This document shows positions 12,823-26,314 of a DNA stretch of 64,000 nucleotides, one piece after another. How positions within the stretch are numbered: the first letter of the stretch is position 1; the number at the start of each line of letters is the position of its first letter. Position numbers and translations under genes: made by a program. The stretch is from assembly GCF_963921235.1 (NCBI RefSeq), contig NC_086108.1, positions 28,026,001 through 28,090,000 on the forward strand. The letters are read 5' to 3'. A model generated the notes under the pieces. The model did no database searches and was not told the origin of the DNA. It saw only the letters and a program-made list of their open reading frames with translations. The DNA comes from Mobula hypostoma. Taxonomy: Eukaryota.

Positions 12823-13490
12823 ATTTTTTTTAGATTATGAGAACACTCAGTCCTCTTTTATTGTCATTTAGAAATGCATACATGCGTTAAGAAATGATAC
12901 AATGTTTCTCCGGAGTGATATCACAGAAAACAGGACAAACCAAAGACTAATATTGACCGAACCACATAATTATAATGTATAGTTACAGCAGTGCAAAACA
13001 ATACCATAATTTGATGAAGAACAAACCAAGGGCACGGTAAAAAAAGTCTCAAAAATCCCCGAGTCAATCGACTCCTGAGTTCCCGATAGCAGGCAGCAAA
13101 AGGGAGAAACTCCCTGCCATAATCCTCCAGGCACCGTCAACTTGCTGATGCCTTGGAAGCAACCGACACTGAGTACGTCCGTCCGAAAACTTTGAGCTTC
13201 CGACCAGCCTCTCCAATGCAACCTCCCAAGCGCCATTCTCTGCCGAGCGCCTTCAACCTCGCCCCAACCGCTGAAACACGCAAAGCCAAGGATTTTGGGG
13301 CCTTCTGCTCCGGAGATTACGGTTACCACACAGTAGCAATGGCCTGTACATGCCACGACACAACCATTCTACATTTTCAAGACTTCAGTTCACACCGCAA
13401 ACTGCCTGGTCATACAGGCGGTTCAAAAGCCCAACTCCGAAAGGGAAGCCACAAGCTATTGATTGCAGTGATCGTCTCTGAGAAAAAGTG
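12823..13490 (-). mobile_element. Unclassified non-coding retroposon with a LINE-like 3' tail
   Basis: Reverse strand ends aataaaagaggactgagtgttctcataatctaaaaaaaa; GC-rich body. Confidence 0.45.
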
Positions 13491-13507
13491 TGATTAATAC
13501 AGTAATT

Positions 13508-13600
13508 CACACAAAATGCTGGAGGAACTCAGCAGGCCAGGCAGCATTTATGGAAGAGTATAGTCGACGTTTCAGGCCAAGACCCTTCATCAGGACCGAA
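13508..13600 (-). mobile_element. PLE terminal fragment, single arm
   Basis: cacacaaaatgctggaggaactcagcaggccaggcagc...gacccttcatcaggac. Confidence 0.85.
13562..13597 (-). ncRNA. Minimal type-I hammerhead ribozyme motif, core intact
   Basis: Reverse strand GGUC-CUGAUGA-aGGGucuuggCCU-GAAACGUC-GACU. Confidence 0.75.
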
Positions 13601-13609
13601 CAGATAAAA

Positions 13610-14060
13610 ATTCTCGAAGTATCATCCTATTCTTACGATCATTTGCTCATAACACAGGCAGCAATCCAGAGATTAATATTCAGAGGTCCTGCTTTTCAGC
13701 TTCCTGCCTAACTCCCTATATTCTCTCTTCAGGAACTCATCCCTGTTCCTTACAATGTTATTGGAATCAATGTGTACCACAACATCCAGCTGTCAATCTT
13801 TATCTCCCCTTCAAAATGCTGTGGTCCCAATCCAAGATATTCCTGATGCTAGCACCTGGGAAGCAAGTACCATCCTGGTGACTCTTTCACATCCACAGAA
13901 TCTCCTGTCTGCTCTTCTAACTATCAAATCCCCTACCACTACTTCACTCCTCCTCACCCCTACACCTTTCCCTTCCCTTCTGAGCCACAGGGCCAGACTC
14001 AATGCCAGAGACACAGTCACCGTAGTTTCCCCCAATGGGATCTTCCCTTTGCACAGATAA
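13610..14060 (-). mobile_element. CR1 ORF1 (SGNH/esterase-like) fragment
   Basis: VVVGDLIVRRADRRFCG..RMV, homologous to 21170-21260. Confidence 0.75.
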
Positions 14061-14088
14061 CCAGTGGTGTGCAGAATACCTTGCTATA

Positions 14089-14642
14089 TGTTAGAGTGAG
14101 TTTTTGGGTAGATGGTTCATTTACACTTAGATGGCTTGGCCACCAGTCTTCTGTTTGACTAGGTACTGTGGATTGAGTTCACAACAATGCACTTCCTAAA
14201 AGCTGTGAATACCGGAATACTAGCCCAGACACTGCGGATGGAAGTGTGAAGTTTACAGGTAGTTTCGAAGACAGCCTTATCTATACTTTCTAAATATGAA
14301 TTGTCCTATATGCTAGCACGTAAAGTACCAAATAAATGTATTGTGGATTTAACTTGCACTCCTAAAGGCTGTGAGTACCAACCCAGACATGTTGGCGTCG
14401 GGAGGAATGGATGAAGTGAGAAGCTGTGATGTTTTGTATGTAGCTTCAAAAGAAAACATTGTCTATACTTGTAAATATGAATTGTCCTTTGTGCTTAGCA
14501 AATAAATATCAAGCCCACATTGGGCCAGCAGACCTTTCTACCGAAAGCGTCTCCATCCGTATGATGCCTACTGTACCTTGTTTTGTTGAATAAAGAAGCT
14601 GCTTTGTATCTACCAGTAACTCTGTCTCTGTATTCCTCTTCA
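14089..14642 (+). repeat. LTR-like repeat with an internal ~190-bp duplication
   Basis: TG...CA ends, aataaa at ~14588, cctaaa.gctgtga.tacc...aaatatgaattgtcct twice; no short TSD found. Confidence 0.5.
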
Positions 14643-14710
14643 CCCCCGCCCCCTTCCCTTCTCTTCCGAGCCACAGAGCCAGACTCAATGCCAGAGACAC
14701 AGTCACCGTA

Positions 14711-14929
14711 TGTATGTATGTATGTATGATGTCAACTCATACCTGAGAGGCCAGGCTTGGGCATTTTCATGTCTTACTCCTCGCACAGACATTTCGCAGT
14801 ATTACTTTTACGAGGCCGAGTTGCAAGCTCGACATCAACCCAGCGTGGATGGGCGATCTGTCATGGGATTGAACTCGGGAACCTCCATTCTCGAGCCCAG
14901 CGCTGAACTCACTGTGCCACCAGCTGACT
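14711..14929 (-). mobile_element. tRNA-derived SINE, tail type A, (cata)n end
   Basis: A box tggcacagtgag, B box gagttcaatccc; TSD acagtcacc(g/a)ta (14699-14710, 14930-14941). Confidence 0.85.
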
Positions 14930-16149
14930 ACAGTCACCATAGTTTCCCACTGTAGGATCTTCCCTTTGCATAGATAACCAGTGGTGTGCAGAGTACCTTG
15001 CCATATGTTGTAAGGACCGTATTTTATTGTGTGGGGGTTCTCATTCCTGGAGGACATGACTGCAGAGCCCTCCCATCAGTGTCTTCTGACGGTGGCGTAG
15101 TAGTTCCCTGAACCACATCAACTTCCTCCTCTGAATATATAATCCTCTTCCTGGCATGTGTCTCATTGAACAGGAGTAATATCCTTCTCCGTTGTGCCCT
15201 CTATCTATTGCATAACAGTTAAAGTAGGTAGTTGTTCAGTGTGCCATTAAGAGCTGATACGCTCTTCTGGTTGTCACACAACAAAGTATTAGGAGGTGTG
15301 TGAAACTGACTGAAGTTCCATGGGGATTTGCACAGGTCCTGCCTTAGCACCTGTAAACATCCTGAGCACTATTTCACCTTGAATTTACGTCAACGTTGAT
15401 ATTTTCTGCAAGGGAGTTGATTGAACAATAGCATCGAATGCAATGATATCAATAAACCAAAAACTTTGCAAGCATGTTAATATTGCAACTGAGGTAAGCA
15501 GCTCAGAGGAGAGTTCCTCTTTCAGAAGGTTAGTAAAATCAGACTAACTGAACTTTGCACCAGGCAGCATGCACCATATATTAAAAACGCTTGACATTGG
15601 AACGGGCCTGCCAACAGTACTCCCGTCACTTACTTCTGACTATCATTGAGAAAGGATATATTGAAGCTTTAGAGTCTCTTATTCAAGAAGGGACTGGGTG
15701 GGGTGGGTCTGATGTAAGATATTAGAGGGATCTAGAACCTTACGAAAGCTCAATCAATAAATCAAGGGAAGTTTGGATCAACAGGCTTTATTTCCCAGGC
15801 ATGAATTATGATCCTGTATGATGTTTTATAAGTGTGAAGTATTTTCTTCTTTTGGAAGCCTAGAAATAGCCTTTCTTCACTGTGTTTCAATATAATAGAA
15901 CGTACTCAACCCATGAATGCACTGTAAAGGAAAATCTGGCATTGGTAACTTTTAACAGATATTGCTACACACTCATATCTTGTAAGTGATCTGTTGGCAT
16001 TGGGATTATCTGACCCTACCTGAGTTATAAATTCTGCTTGTGTAGAAATTCTCTGCAAAGGAGCTCCAAAATAAACATCAAACACAGTGTTAAGTATTGT
16101 TCAGCAGGATGCCACTCTGTAACTGATGGAATTATCCACTTAGTTATCC

Positions 16150-16490
16150 CCACTGCCTCGCAGTTCCAAAAACCCGGCTTCAATCCTGAGGTCAGGTGCT
16201 TTTTGTCTGGCATTTGCCATTCTCCCTGTGGGTTTTTTTGGGTGCCCTGTCCCTCCACCTTGGTGTGGTGGCTGGCTATTGTAAGAGGTTCAGATTCACG
16301 TTCCTGTTTCTGTGCTGTAATTGTTATATGGTTTATATTAATTGACAAAAGGCCCTAGTGGAGTGTTGAACGAGGGATTGAATTTATAGCAATGCAAGAA
16401 AATAATGGGATTAGTGTAGAATCTCTACTGTACTGAATATGGTACTTAATCATCCATCTACAAAGGCCTGTCGGGCCTGTTTCCGTGCTT
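16150..16490 (+). mobile_element. Degraded tRNA-derived SINE with CR1-like tail (V-SINE/HE1-like)
   Basis: ctgcctcgcag...ggcttcaatcctg, ttctccctgtg, tail gggcctgtttccgtgct. Confidence 0.5.
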
Positions 16491-17149
16491 TAATTTCTTG
16501 CTTTTAAGAGAAAGAGTCACAAGTCCCTTGCACATCAAATGTAGCCAAAAAGCACAGCATAATTTGGAGGGATCCTGAGGTCCCTCTGTGTCCTCATCAG
16601 CACCAGCATCAGACCAATGAGCTTAGATAGTGTCTTGATGTTCCTCACTCCGAGGCACCAGTGACTTGGTAGCATCTACAACTACACTCCGCTACTCGCA
16701 AACTGCAGTTGTGACTCACTGCTGTACTCACAACTTCTGGGGTTAGATAGAGTTAAAATGCAAAACCCTAGAGAGGACTTCAAATGGTATTGCTTGATTA
16801 CATACAGTGCACCAATGAAAATCATTCCCCAACACTGCTTGGGCAATTGGCATACATTATCTCCTATTTTCCAAGACCAAAATTAGATTTCTACTTGGGA
16901 TTTCCAAAGACTAACTGCAGAACATCTGTATTGCTCCCAAACCTCATGCCTCCAGGACAGACAAGCAAATACATGTCTTGGAACATGCATTCGGAAGGCA
17001 GACTTTCCACAAAATCCTCCTTCTGACTGCAGAAAAAGTAAAACATTCAATGGTTGTTAGTTTTGACGAAGGACCACTATGAAATTACATTGTTACTGTT
17101 TCCATTTGTATTTAGTGGAATATCCGATCTTACCCATACTTTCTTCATC

Positions 17150-17697
17150 AGTCTCCCTCCCTCATATCATCTTGTCTTTATGTTTCATTTTCCCTTGTCC
17201 AGCCTTCCTTGCTCTGATCTCCACTCCCCAAACTACATCCCCTCAGCTCCCTCTCAACTCCCGTCAAGCCCTTTCATCTTCACCTTCCTTCTCCACTTAC
17301 CTGATGTCTCTCCATCTCTCTGCCACACTGGCTGCCCTCACTCTCCAGCTTCCAGCCATTTGCTCTATCTCAAAGCGGTGCCACCACCCCCTTCCCTTTC
17401 CAGCTGCTGTCACTTGCCTCCTTTCGGGCCACTCTCTGTTTGCTCTTCAGTCCACCTCCCACTTACATCCAAGGCCCAGGTAGCTAAGCTGCCCATGCCT
17501 GTGGCCAAGCTCAGACATCCCTATCTCTCCTAGCAAATCTCAGGCGTTCCTTTAGTTATTCACCTCCTGTGTTGTCCAGTGTCAAGAGATCATATTGTCA
17601 CCTGGTGAAAGATCTTGACTTGACACTTTGACTGTTTATTCCTCTCCATAGATACTGCTTGACCTGCTGAGTTCCTCTAGCATTGTGTGTATGTTAC
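17150..17697 (+). mobile_element. Old PLE 3' region
   Basis: Pyrimidine-rich tract ending gacctgctgagttcctctagcattgtgtgt. Confidence 0.55.
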
Positions 17698-17699
17698 TT

Positions 17700-18075
17700 A
17701 AGGGTGAACTTGTGGAGATTAATAAAATCTGGAGGGGCATAAGCAAGGTGGTTGATCACAATCTAACCTTTATCCCAGGGTAGACTCGTGCTAGATGGCA
17801 CCAGTCTAAGGCAAGAGAGGAAAGATTCAAAGGAGACCTGAGGAGCAGGTTTTCGCACAGAGGAGGGTAGCTTGATGAAATGAGCTTCCAGGCAATGTCT
17901 TGGAGTTGGATACAATTATAACATTCAAAATTCTTTTGGACAAGTCCATGGACAGGAAAGGTTTGGATGGGTGTGGGCCATAAGCAGGCAAATGGGACTA
18001 GATCAGGAAGGCCCCTCACTTGACATTGATAAGTCAGGCAGAATGTCCAGCTTCCAAACTGTATACTGTCGCTCT
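17700..18075 (+). mobile_element. Degraded CR1 3' fragment
   Basis: Similar to the CR1 3' ends at 37390-37790 and 60900-61270. Confidence 0.6.
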
Positions 18076-19094
18076 ATATAGAAACATTGCAAATAGGTGT
18101 TTAGTAATCGGTGCAGACTTAATGGACCAAAGGGCCTGTTCCTGGACCATTCCCCTCGATGATTCTATGATTCAGTTCAGATTGACAAGCTACATGGAAA
18201 TAAGGTTGAATGGGAGATAGGATTGCTCTGCTGGAAGCTGCATAGGGCTGAATGGCCTCCCTCTTTGTTGCGCAAGTCTAATCAAACTCAAAAGGACTAA
18301 ATGGACTATTATTTTGTCATCAGGTCTGCTGCAATTTCAAATCACAAATCAGTGATTAGAAATCTGATTCTGATTCTGAACCCGCCCACATTCAGAATCT
18401 CTTCCCTCTCACTTTATGATCTGTAATCCACCTAAGGTTAGCATTAACCAACTATACTGACACCTTATTCACTCTACCACTGCTTCTAAACCTCAGAGGA
18501 GCTTACACCATCAGGGAAGACTGCATACAATTTTAGCTTTAATAATTAGAAGATTCCTATAACATTTCTAAATGCAAGTACATGCAGATGCACATATAAG
18601 TATACTATAAAAATTCAGATAAGAGTAAAATTAATGCCAATTAAAAATCCTAGCCAGTTCTAGACTTATATCTTCTTACAGTTAATGAATTGTAAAATCA
18701 CTGTGCTTAATCCGTTGAGAAAATAGTTTCCTTCTCCAGGCCGAGACCTTATATTAATGATTGAAACTGAAGACCTCATGATAATAAAGCAGATATTGTA
18801 GCAGTGTGGCTTCCTGAACTCCACACTACCAGCTGAGTATTTCCATTCACCCATCAACTTGTAAATATTTGTCTTCCTAACATGCTGGAAGTAAAATGGA
18901 GACTGCAGACGGTGGAGCAAAAATCTTCAGCAGGACAGGCAGCATCTGTGGTGGGAAACGCACAGTTGACTATTTGCTAGAAGGATAGGCTGTTAGCAGG
19001 ATGGTGAGGTCTGTGGGCTCTCTGAAACACAGCTTAAAAGGCTATTTATAAATTTGCCGATAATACCACTCTTGTTGGCAGAATCTCAGATCAC

Positions 19095-19857
19095 AGCGAG
19101 AGAGCGTACAGGAGGGAGATAGGTCAGCCGGGTTGAGTGGTGTCACAGCAGCAGCCTCGAACTCGAGGTCAAAAAGAACAAGGAATTGATTGTGGGCTAG
19201 GGAAGGGAAGCAGATGAACATACACCAGTCTTCATCAAGGGGTCAGCAGTGGAAAGGCCAAGCAGGTTCAAATTTCTGTGTCAGCACCTCAGGGGAGCTA
19301 TCCTAGTTCCAGCATGGAAGCAGTTACAAAAAGGGTGCACCAGCAGCTCTATTTCATAAAGAGTTTGAGATGATGTAGTCTGTATGTCACCAAATAACCT
19401 TGCAAATTCCTACAGATGTACGATGGAGAGTATTCCAATTGGGTGCATCAACACCTGATGCGATGGCTCCAGCTCCAATGCACAGGATTAAAAGAGGCTG
19501 CACGGCACTGTAGACACAGCCAGCACCATCACATGCACAAACTTCCCCACCATCGAGGACATCCTCCAAAGGCAGCATCTATCTTTACGAACCCTCACCA
19601 CTGGGGACATGGTCTCTTCTCATTATTAACACTAGGGAAGAGAGAGCCTGAAGATGCACAATCATTGTTTTAGGAACAGCTTATCCCCTTCCACTATCAG
19701 ATTACTGAACAGTCCATGAACTATTCCTCTTTGACACTATTTATTTTATTTCTTGTTGCAACTTGATTTAATTCTTTCGTGTTGCACTGTACTATTGCCA
19801 CAAAATAGTAAATTTCACAACATAAATCAGTGATAATGATCCCAATTCTGATTCTGA
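19095..19857 (+). mobile_element. Rex1/Babar-type LINE 3' fragment
   Basis: Homologous to 61550-62352; tail ttctgattctga. Confidence 0.75.
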
Positions 19858-19884
19858 CCTGTGAACATCAGTAGCAACATGATC

Positions 19885-20370
19885 TGCGCTCAGTACCTCC
19901 TGTGCCTAATAAAGTGGCCACTAAGTGTACTATATGTTTGTAGACGTCGTCTGCTGTAGCCCATCCACTTCAAGGTTCGATGTGTTGTGCATTCAGAGAT
20001 GCTCTTCTGCACACTACTATTATAATGCATGGTTATTTGAGTTACTGCTGCCTTCCTGTCAGTTTGACCTTTCTCCTCTCACCTCTCTCATTAACAAGGT
20101 GTTTTTGCCCACAGAACTGCCGCTCACTGGATGATTTTCATTTTTTGCACCATTCTCTGTAAAGTCTGGAGGCTGTTGTGCCTGAAAATCCCAGGAGATC
20201 AGCAGTTTCTGAGATACTCAAACCACCCAGTCTGGCACCAACTATCAATCCATGGCCAAAGTCATTCAGGTCACATTTCTTCCCCATTCTGATGTTTGAT
20301 CTGAACAAAAACTGAACCTCTTGACCATCTCTGCATGTTGTTATGCATTGAGTTCCTCTGAGTGCTGATT
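19885..20370 (-). mobile_element. Tc1-like non-autonomous transposon remnant
   Basis: MGKKCDLNDF..IVGARLGGLSISETADLLGFS (Tc1 N-terminal HTH); TIR-like cctaataaagtggccact..gtgta. Confidence 0.8.
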
Positions 20371-23300
20371 GCATCAGCAAAGAAACAGAAAAGAACAAAG
20401 AAAAGAGCTAAAAAAAAGAACATTCTTTATTTCAGGTAGAGACACTCAAATGAACTGCAGTGACCGGGTACAACAATCTGTCAAGTGCCTAAGCATGTGA
20501 AGGAGCAGTGATTTCATTTACGTCCGCAGCAGAAGCTTAAAAACAACAGCATTTTGCAGCAATTTTCAGAGTTGGACTGCGCCCAATCAGTAAATGGGAT
20601 TCATTTGAAAGGATGAATAAAAATAAGGCAGCAGCAAGCAGAGTGGCCATTGGGTAAGTGGGCCAGTGTTGGAGTGATTCTGACTCATCTGGCTTCAGCG
20701 ACATCAGGTTGGTTGAGGTAAGTATCTGCAAGTTTCTTTGTCCTCTTTATTTTTCATTCCTCATCTACCAGGGCAAAGGGAGAATGGCTCCAGAGGGTGT
20801 GTTTTGTTCTGTGTGTGAGATATGGAAATTCTGGGAGACCTCACCTTTGCACCAGGCACACAGAGCTGCAGCTCCTCAGAGCACGTGTTAAGGAACTGAA
20901 GCTGCAGCCCGATGACCTTCGGCTCACATGGGAGACTGAGGACATGATAGATAGGAGCTACAAGGAGGTAGTCACCCTTAGGGAACAGGAAGCAAGTGAC
21001 TGCCAGGAGAAGGAAGGGAAATGGAAAGCCAGTAGAGGGCTATTTCTCTTAAAAATAAGTATACCACTTTGGCTACTGTTTGGGGGAAGACCTACAGGAG
21101 GGATCTGCAGCAACAAGGTCTCTGGCACTGAGTCTGTCACTGTGGCTTAGAAGAGAGAGGGAAGGAGGACTACAGTGGTGGTAGGAGATGCACAAGTTGG
21201 AGGAATAGAGATGAGATTCTGTGGATGCAATAGAGACACCTGTATGGTATGTTGCCTCCCAGGTGCCAGGGTCAGGGATGTCTTGGTTCAGTCTACGGCA
21301 TTCTAAAGGGGGATAGTAAGCAGCCAGATGTCTTGGTACGTATTGGCAACAATGACATAGGTAGGAAAGGTGAGGAGGTCCTGAAGAGAAATTTTAAGAA
21401 GCTACTCTAGGTAGAAAGCTGAATATCAGGATCTTCAGAGCAGTAATCTCCGGATTGCTGCCTGTGCCACACGCCAGTGAGGATAAGAATAGCATGATTT
21501 GGCAAATGAATGTGTGGCTAAGGAACAGGTGTAGGGGGGAGGGGTTCAGATTTTTGGGTCATTGGGGTCTCTTCTGGGGAAAGTATGACCTGTTCAAAAG
21601 GAACAAGTTACACCCGAATTCAAGGGGGACCAATATCCTTGCAGGCAGGTTTGCTAGAGTTGTTCAGGAGGGTTTAAACTAATTTGACTGGGGGATGGAG
21701 TGAGAGCATGAGGTAGTTGGTTTATAAACAGAGGCAAAATGTAGTGAGACGGCTAGCAAGGAGAGGCTATCATCGGGCAAAATTATGACGAACAGGATGA
21801 GTTGCAAGGTAAAAGAGGACAAAATCGAAAAGGATGATTAATACAGGACTGTAGGTGTATATTTTAATCACACAGTATAGAGAATAAAGTAGATTGCCAT
21901 ATATGGTGTTGTGGGCATCACTGAATCATGACTGAAAGAAGATTATATCTAGGATCTTAACATCCAAGGAAACGCATTGTATCGAAAGGACAGGCAGGTA
22001 GGCTGAGGGGTGTGTTGGCTCTGTTGGTAAAAAATGAAATCAAATCATTAAAGATAGATGACATAGGATCAGAATGTGTAGAACTGTTGTGGGTAGAGCC
22101 AAGTACCTGCAAGGGTAAAAAGACACTAATGGGAGTTATATAATAGACATCCAAACAGTGGTAAAGATGTGGTCTACTAATTACAAGGGAGAATAGAAAA
22201 TGCATGTCAAAAGAGCAATGGGAAAATTAGATTGGTGCTGGATCCCAAGACCAGGAATCTTTGGAATGCCTATGAAATGGATTTTAGAGCAGCTCATGGT
22301 TGAGCCCACTAGAGGATCAGATATTCTGGATTGGGTGTTGTGCACTGGACCAGAATTGATTAGAGAACTTAAGGTAAAGGAAACCTTAGGGAATAGTGAT
22401 CATAATACAATAGAAGTCATCCTGCAATTTGAGAAGGGGAAGCGAAAGTCAGATGTATCTGTATTTTGGTAGAGTAAAGAAAATTACAGAGGCATGAGAG
22501 AGGATCAGGCCAAAATTGATTGGAAGGGAACACTAGCAGGGATGACGGCAGGGCAGTAAGAGCTGGAATTTCTGGGAGCAATTTGGAAGCCACAGGATAG
22601 ATACATCCTGAAGAAAAAGTTTTCTAGAGTCAGAATGATTTTACCATGGCTGAGAAGTCAAGGCCAACATAAAAGCAAAAGAGAGGGCATATAATGGAGC
22701 AAAAATTAAAGGGAAGTTAGAGGATTGGGAAGCTTTTAAAAACCAACAGAAGGCAACTAAAAAGGTCTTAAAGAAGGGAAAGATGGAATATGAAGGTAAG
22801 CTAGTCAATAATGATCAAAATGATACAAACGGTTTCTTCAGAAATATAAAGTGTAAAAGAGAGATGAGAGTAGATATTGGACCACTGAAAAAATGAAGTT
22901 GGAGAGGTGGTAATGGGGGGACAAGGAAATGGTGGATGAACTGAGTATGTATTTTGAATCAGTCTTCACTGAGAAATGCACAAGCAATATGCTGGAAGTT
23001 CAAGAGTGTCATGGGGTAGAAGTGGGTGAAGTTGCCATTACTAGGGAGAAGGTACTAGGGAAACGAAAAGGTCTGAAGGTAGATAAGTCACCTGGACTAG
23101 ATGGTCTATACCCCAGTATTCTGAAAGGGGTGGCTGAAGAGATGTGAAGACATTGGTAATGGTCTTTCAAGTATCAGTGGATTCTGGCATGGTTCTGGAG
23201 GACTGGAAAATTGTAAATGTCACTCCATTCTTCAAGAAGGGAGAGAGGCAGAAGAAAAGAGATTATAGGCTAGTTAATCTGACCTTAATAGTTGGGAAGA

Positions 23301-23518
23301 TATTGAATTCAATTGTCAAGTATGTGGTTTCAGGCAACTTGGAAAATAGACCATAGTCAGCATGTTTTCCTTAGGGAAAAATCTCGCCTGACAAATCTGG
23401 CAGAATTCTTTGAAGAAATAACAAACAGGATAGACAAAGGAGAATTGTTAGATGTTGTGTACCTGGATTTTCAGAAGGCATTTGGCAAGGTGCCAACATG
23501 AGGCTGCTTAACAAGTTA

Positions 23519-24217
23519 CTTTACTTTATTGTCGCCAAACAATTGATACTAGAACGTACAATCATCACAATGATATTTGATTCTGCACTTTGCGCTCCCT
23601 GGAGTACAAGTCGATAGTAAATATTAGAAATTTAAATTATAAATCATAAATAGAAAACAGAAAAAGGGAAGTAAGGTAGTGCAAAAAAACTGAGAGGCAG
23701 GTCCGAATATTTGGAGGGTACGGCCCAGATCCAGGTCAGGATCAGTTCAGCAATCTTAACACAGTTGGAAAGAAGTTGTTCCCAAATCTGGCCGTACAAG
23801 TCTTCAAACTCCTGAGCCTTCTCCCGGAGGGAAGAGGGATGAAAAGTGTGTTGGCTGAGTGGGTCGTGTCCTTGATTATCCTGGCAGTACTGCTCCGACA
23901 GCATGCGGTATAAAGTGAGTCCAAGGACAGAAGATTGGTTTGTGTGATGTGCTGGGCTATGTTCACGATCTTCTGCAGCTTCTTCCAGTCTTGAACAGGA
24001 CAACTTCCATACCAGGTTGTGATGCACCCTAGAAGAATGCTTTCTACGGTGCATCTACAAAAATTAGTGAGGGTTTTAGGAGACAGGCCAAATTTCTTCA
24101 GTTTTCTCAGGAAGTAAAGGCGCTGGTGGGCCTTCTTGGCAGTGGACTCTGCTTCGTTGGTCCAAGTCAGGTCATTTGTGATATTGACCCCAAGGAACTT
24201 AAAGCTTTTAACCCCAT
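23519..24217 (-). mobile_element. Rex1/Babar-type LINE 3' fragment inserted in CR1
   Basis: ARIIKDTTH..LFIPLPSGRRLRSLK..RFGNNFFP..RLLN; tail aataaagtaaagta. Confidence 0.85.
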
Positions 24218-24229
24218 GTCAAGAGCCCA

Positions 24230-24335
24230 TCAAGTGATGTGCCAACAGTGCTTTATAAAGTCTCAACATTATATCCTTGCTTTTATATTCTCAGACATCC
24301 CACCCTGCAAAAACTCATTTCAGAGAGGTAGCACC
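24230..24335 (-). repeat. Inverted copy of 26271-26376
   Basis: 106-nt reverse-complement match with one mismatch. Confidence 0.95.
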
Positions 24336-24883
24336 ACCATTTCAGGGAGGTTAAGAGTTAAGAGCCCATGGTATTACTGGAAAGACACCAGTGTGGATAG
24401 AGCATTGGTTGATTGGCAGGAGGCAAAGAGTGGGAATAAAGGGAGCATTTTCTGGTTGGTGGCCAGTGACTAGTGTTGTTCTACAGGGGTCTGTGTTGGG
24501 ACTGCTTCTTTTTATGTTATATATCAATGATTTGGATTGTGGAATTGATGGCTTTGTGGCCAAATTTGCAGACAATATCAAGATAGGTGGAGGTGAAAGT
24601 GGTTTTGAGGAAGTAGAGAGGCTACAGAGGTACTTAGACAGATTAGGACAATGGGCAAAGAAGTGGCAGATGGAATACAGTGTAGGGAAGTATACAGTCA
24701 AGCACATTTTTGGAAGAAATAAAAACGCAGACTAATTTCTAAATGGAGAGAAAGTTCAAATATCTGAGTTTCAAAGGGACATGGGGTCCTCACAGAGGAT
24801 TCCCTAAAGGTTAATTTGCAGGTTGAGTGTATGGTTAGGAAGGCAAATGCAATATTAACAATTATTTCAAAAGGACTAGAATA

Positions 24884-26314
24884 CAGACATCCCACCTCTC
24901 CCGTAAGTTCTGGGAGTCTCCCGCATATTGATAGTGGCTCCCTGACTCCTGGAAATTATATACAATATCCCGGAAATTGATTTTTTTGAGAAAGAGAGGG
25001 AGAGGGAGAGGGATTGGTCTCTCTTCATGCTAAGAGTGGTCCCCAACCAAGGAAACAATATGATTTGGCAATATGAAGCGATATGAGTCAGCAGCACCTT
25101 TCCTCATTCCCTGTCATGCCTACTGTTGAATTTGAACGCATGCGAGGTCATTACGCATGCGTCAGCACAGGAAGAAGATCAACTCCTTGAGCTTGCAAAT
25201 GATGGCGGGCTGAAAAGTATGTTTGACATAACATCTCTGCCGGCATTCTGGATCAAAGTCAAGGCTGAATATCCTGAGATAGCCACGAAAGCACTGAAAA
25301 CGTTGCTTCCATTTCCAGCATATCTCTGCGAAGCGGAGTTTTCTGCAATGAATGCAACGAAAACTAAATTGCGGAATAGACTGGACATAAGGAACCCCCT
25401 TCGAGAATCGCTGTCTCCCGTCACCCCTCGATGGGACAGTCTTGTTGCAGGGAAACAAGCCCAGGGCTCCCACTGATTCAGCGATATTGGTGTGTTGCAA
25501 TGATTTTGTATGTTCATATGAGGAAAATATGTGCTGTGTGTTTAATATCCAAACGTTACTTAAAATGTTATGATGCTATTGACTTATAATTGACTTCTCA
25601 CTATATTCATGCGAGGAAAATAAGCGCTGTGTGTTTAGTATTAAATTTGTTAGATAAACCCTTTTAGAAATGAAATTGAGTGTATTAGCCACTTATAAGT
25701 GACTTATAGTTGACTTATTACCTATATTCCGGTCGTGATTAACACCCTCCCCCCAACCCCCGTCGGCCAGTCTGCAAGGATATTATCAATATTAAACCAG
25801 TCCGCGGTGCAAAAAAGTTTGGGGACCCCTGCTAAGTAGACCTATCAGTTTTCTCTGTGTGGGGGCTTTACAGTCGACCTCAAAAATAATGACCGTGTTG
25901 CTCGCTGCACTGTTTGCAATAGTGACTTTTCTATTGCCCATGTTGGGTTAAAATGTGAAAGACATGTTGAGGTGAGTTTAACAGGTGTCATTCGTTCATT
26001 AGCATAGCTAACATTATTTAAACTAGCTGGCTGGCTGCTAAGGAGCTACTCTATTGATGTCCTACGTGATGAGGCCAAACTCCCTGTAGACTTGCTTAAA
26101 TTTGTAATAGAATAAACATGATAATATAATATAAGTACATATTTTAATGTCACATTTTCTGCATTTTCTCAATGTAGTTTACAGATTAGACAAAATCACT
26201 AAATAAAGTATTACATACACTCTTGGAGGTCGACCAGGGGTCGGGGGGATATGGGGTTGCGGGAGGCTGGGGTGCTACCTCCCTGAAATGAGTTTTTGCA
26301 GGGTGGGATGTCTG
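24884..26314. mobile_element. Non-autonomous DNA transposon with 13-bp TIR and 6-bp TSD (possibly hAT6-like)
   Basis: TIR cagacatcccacc / ggtgggatgtctg; TSD agaata (24878-24883, 26315-26320) splitting CR1 ORF2. Confidence 0.9.
25035..25831 (+). mobile_element. Nested Charlie/Buster-type hAT element with transposase C-terminal dimerisation domain (25126-25476, + strand)
   Basis: FWIKVKAEYPEIATKALKTLLPF..LCEAEFS..KTKLRNRLD; ends agtggtccccaacc / gtttggggacccctg. Confidence 0.88.

Larger units (their letters stand above)
6926..12830 (-). mobile_element. Unclassified LINE-tailed repeat interrupted by the Gypsy provirus (pieces 6926-7180 and 12481-12830)
   Basis: Reverse-strand tail aataaatgtactttgaaccttgaac at 6926-6950; sequence resumes after the cagg TSD. 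Confidence 0.5.

Noticed and set aside
25126..25476. Host ZBED5/SCAND3-like gene exon
   Set aside because: Only the C-terminal stub is present, bounded by hAT TIRs and nested inside another transposon.
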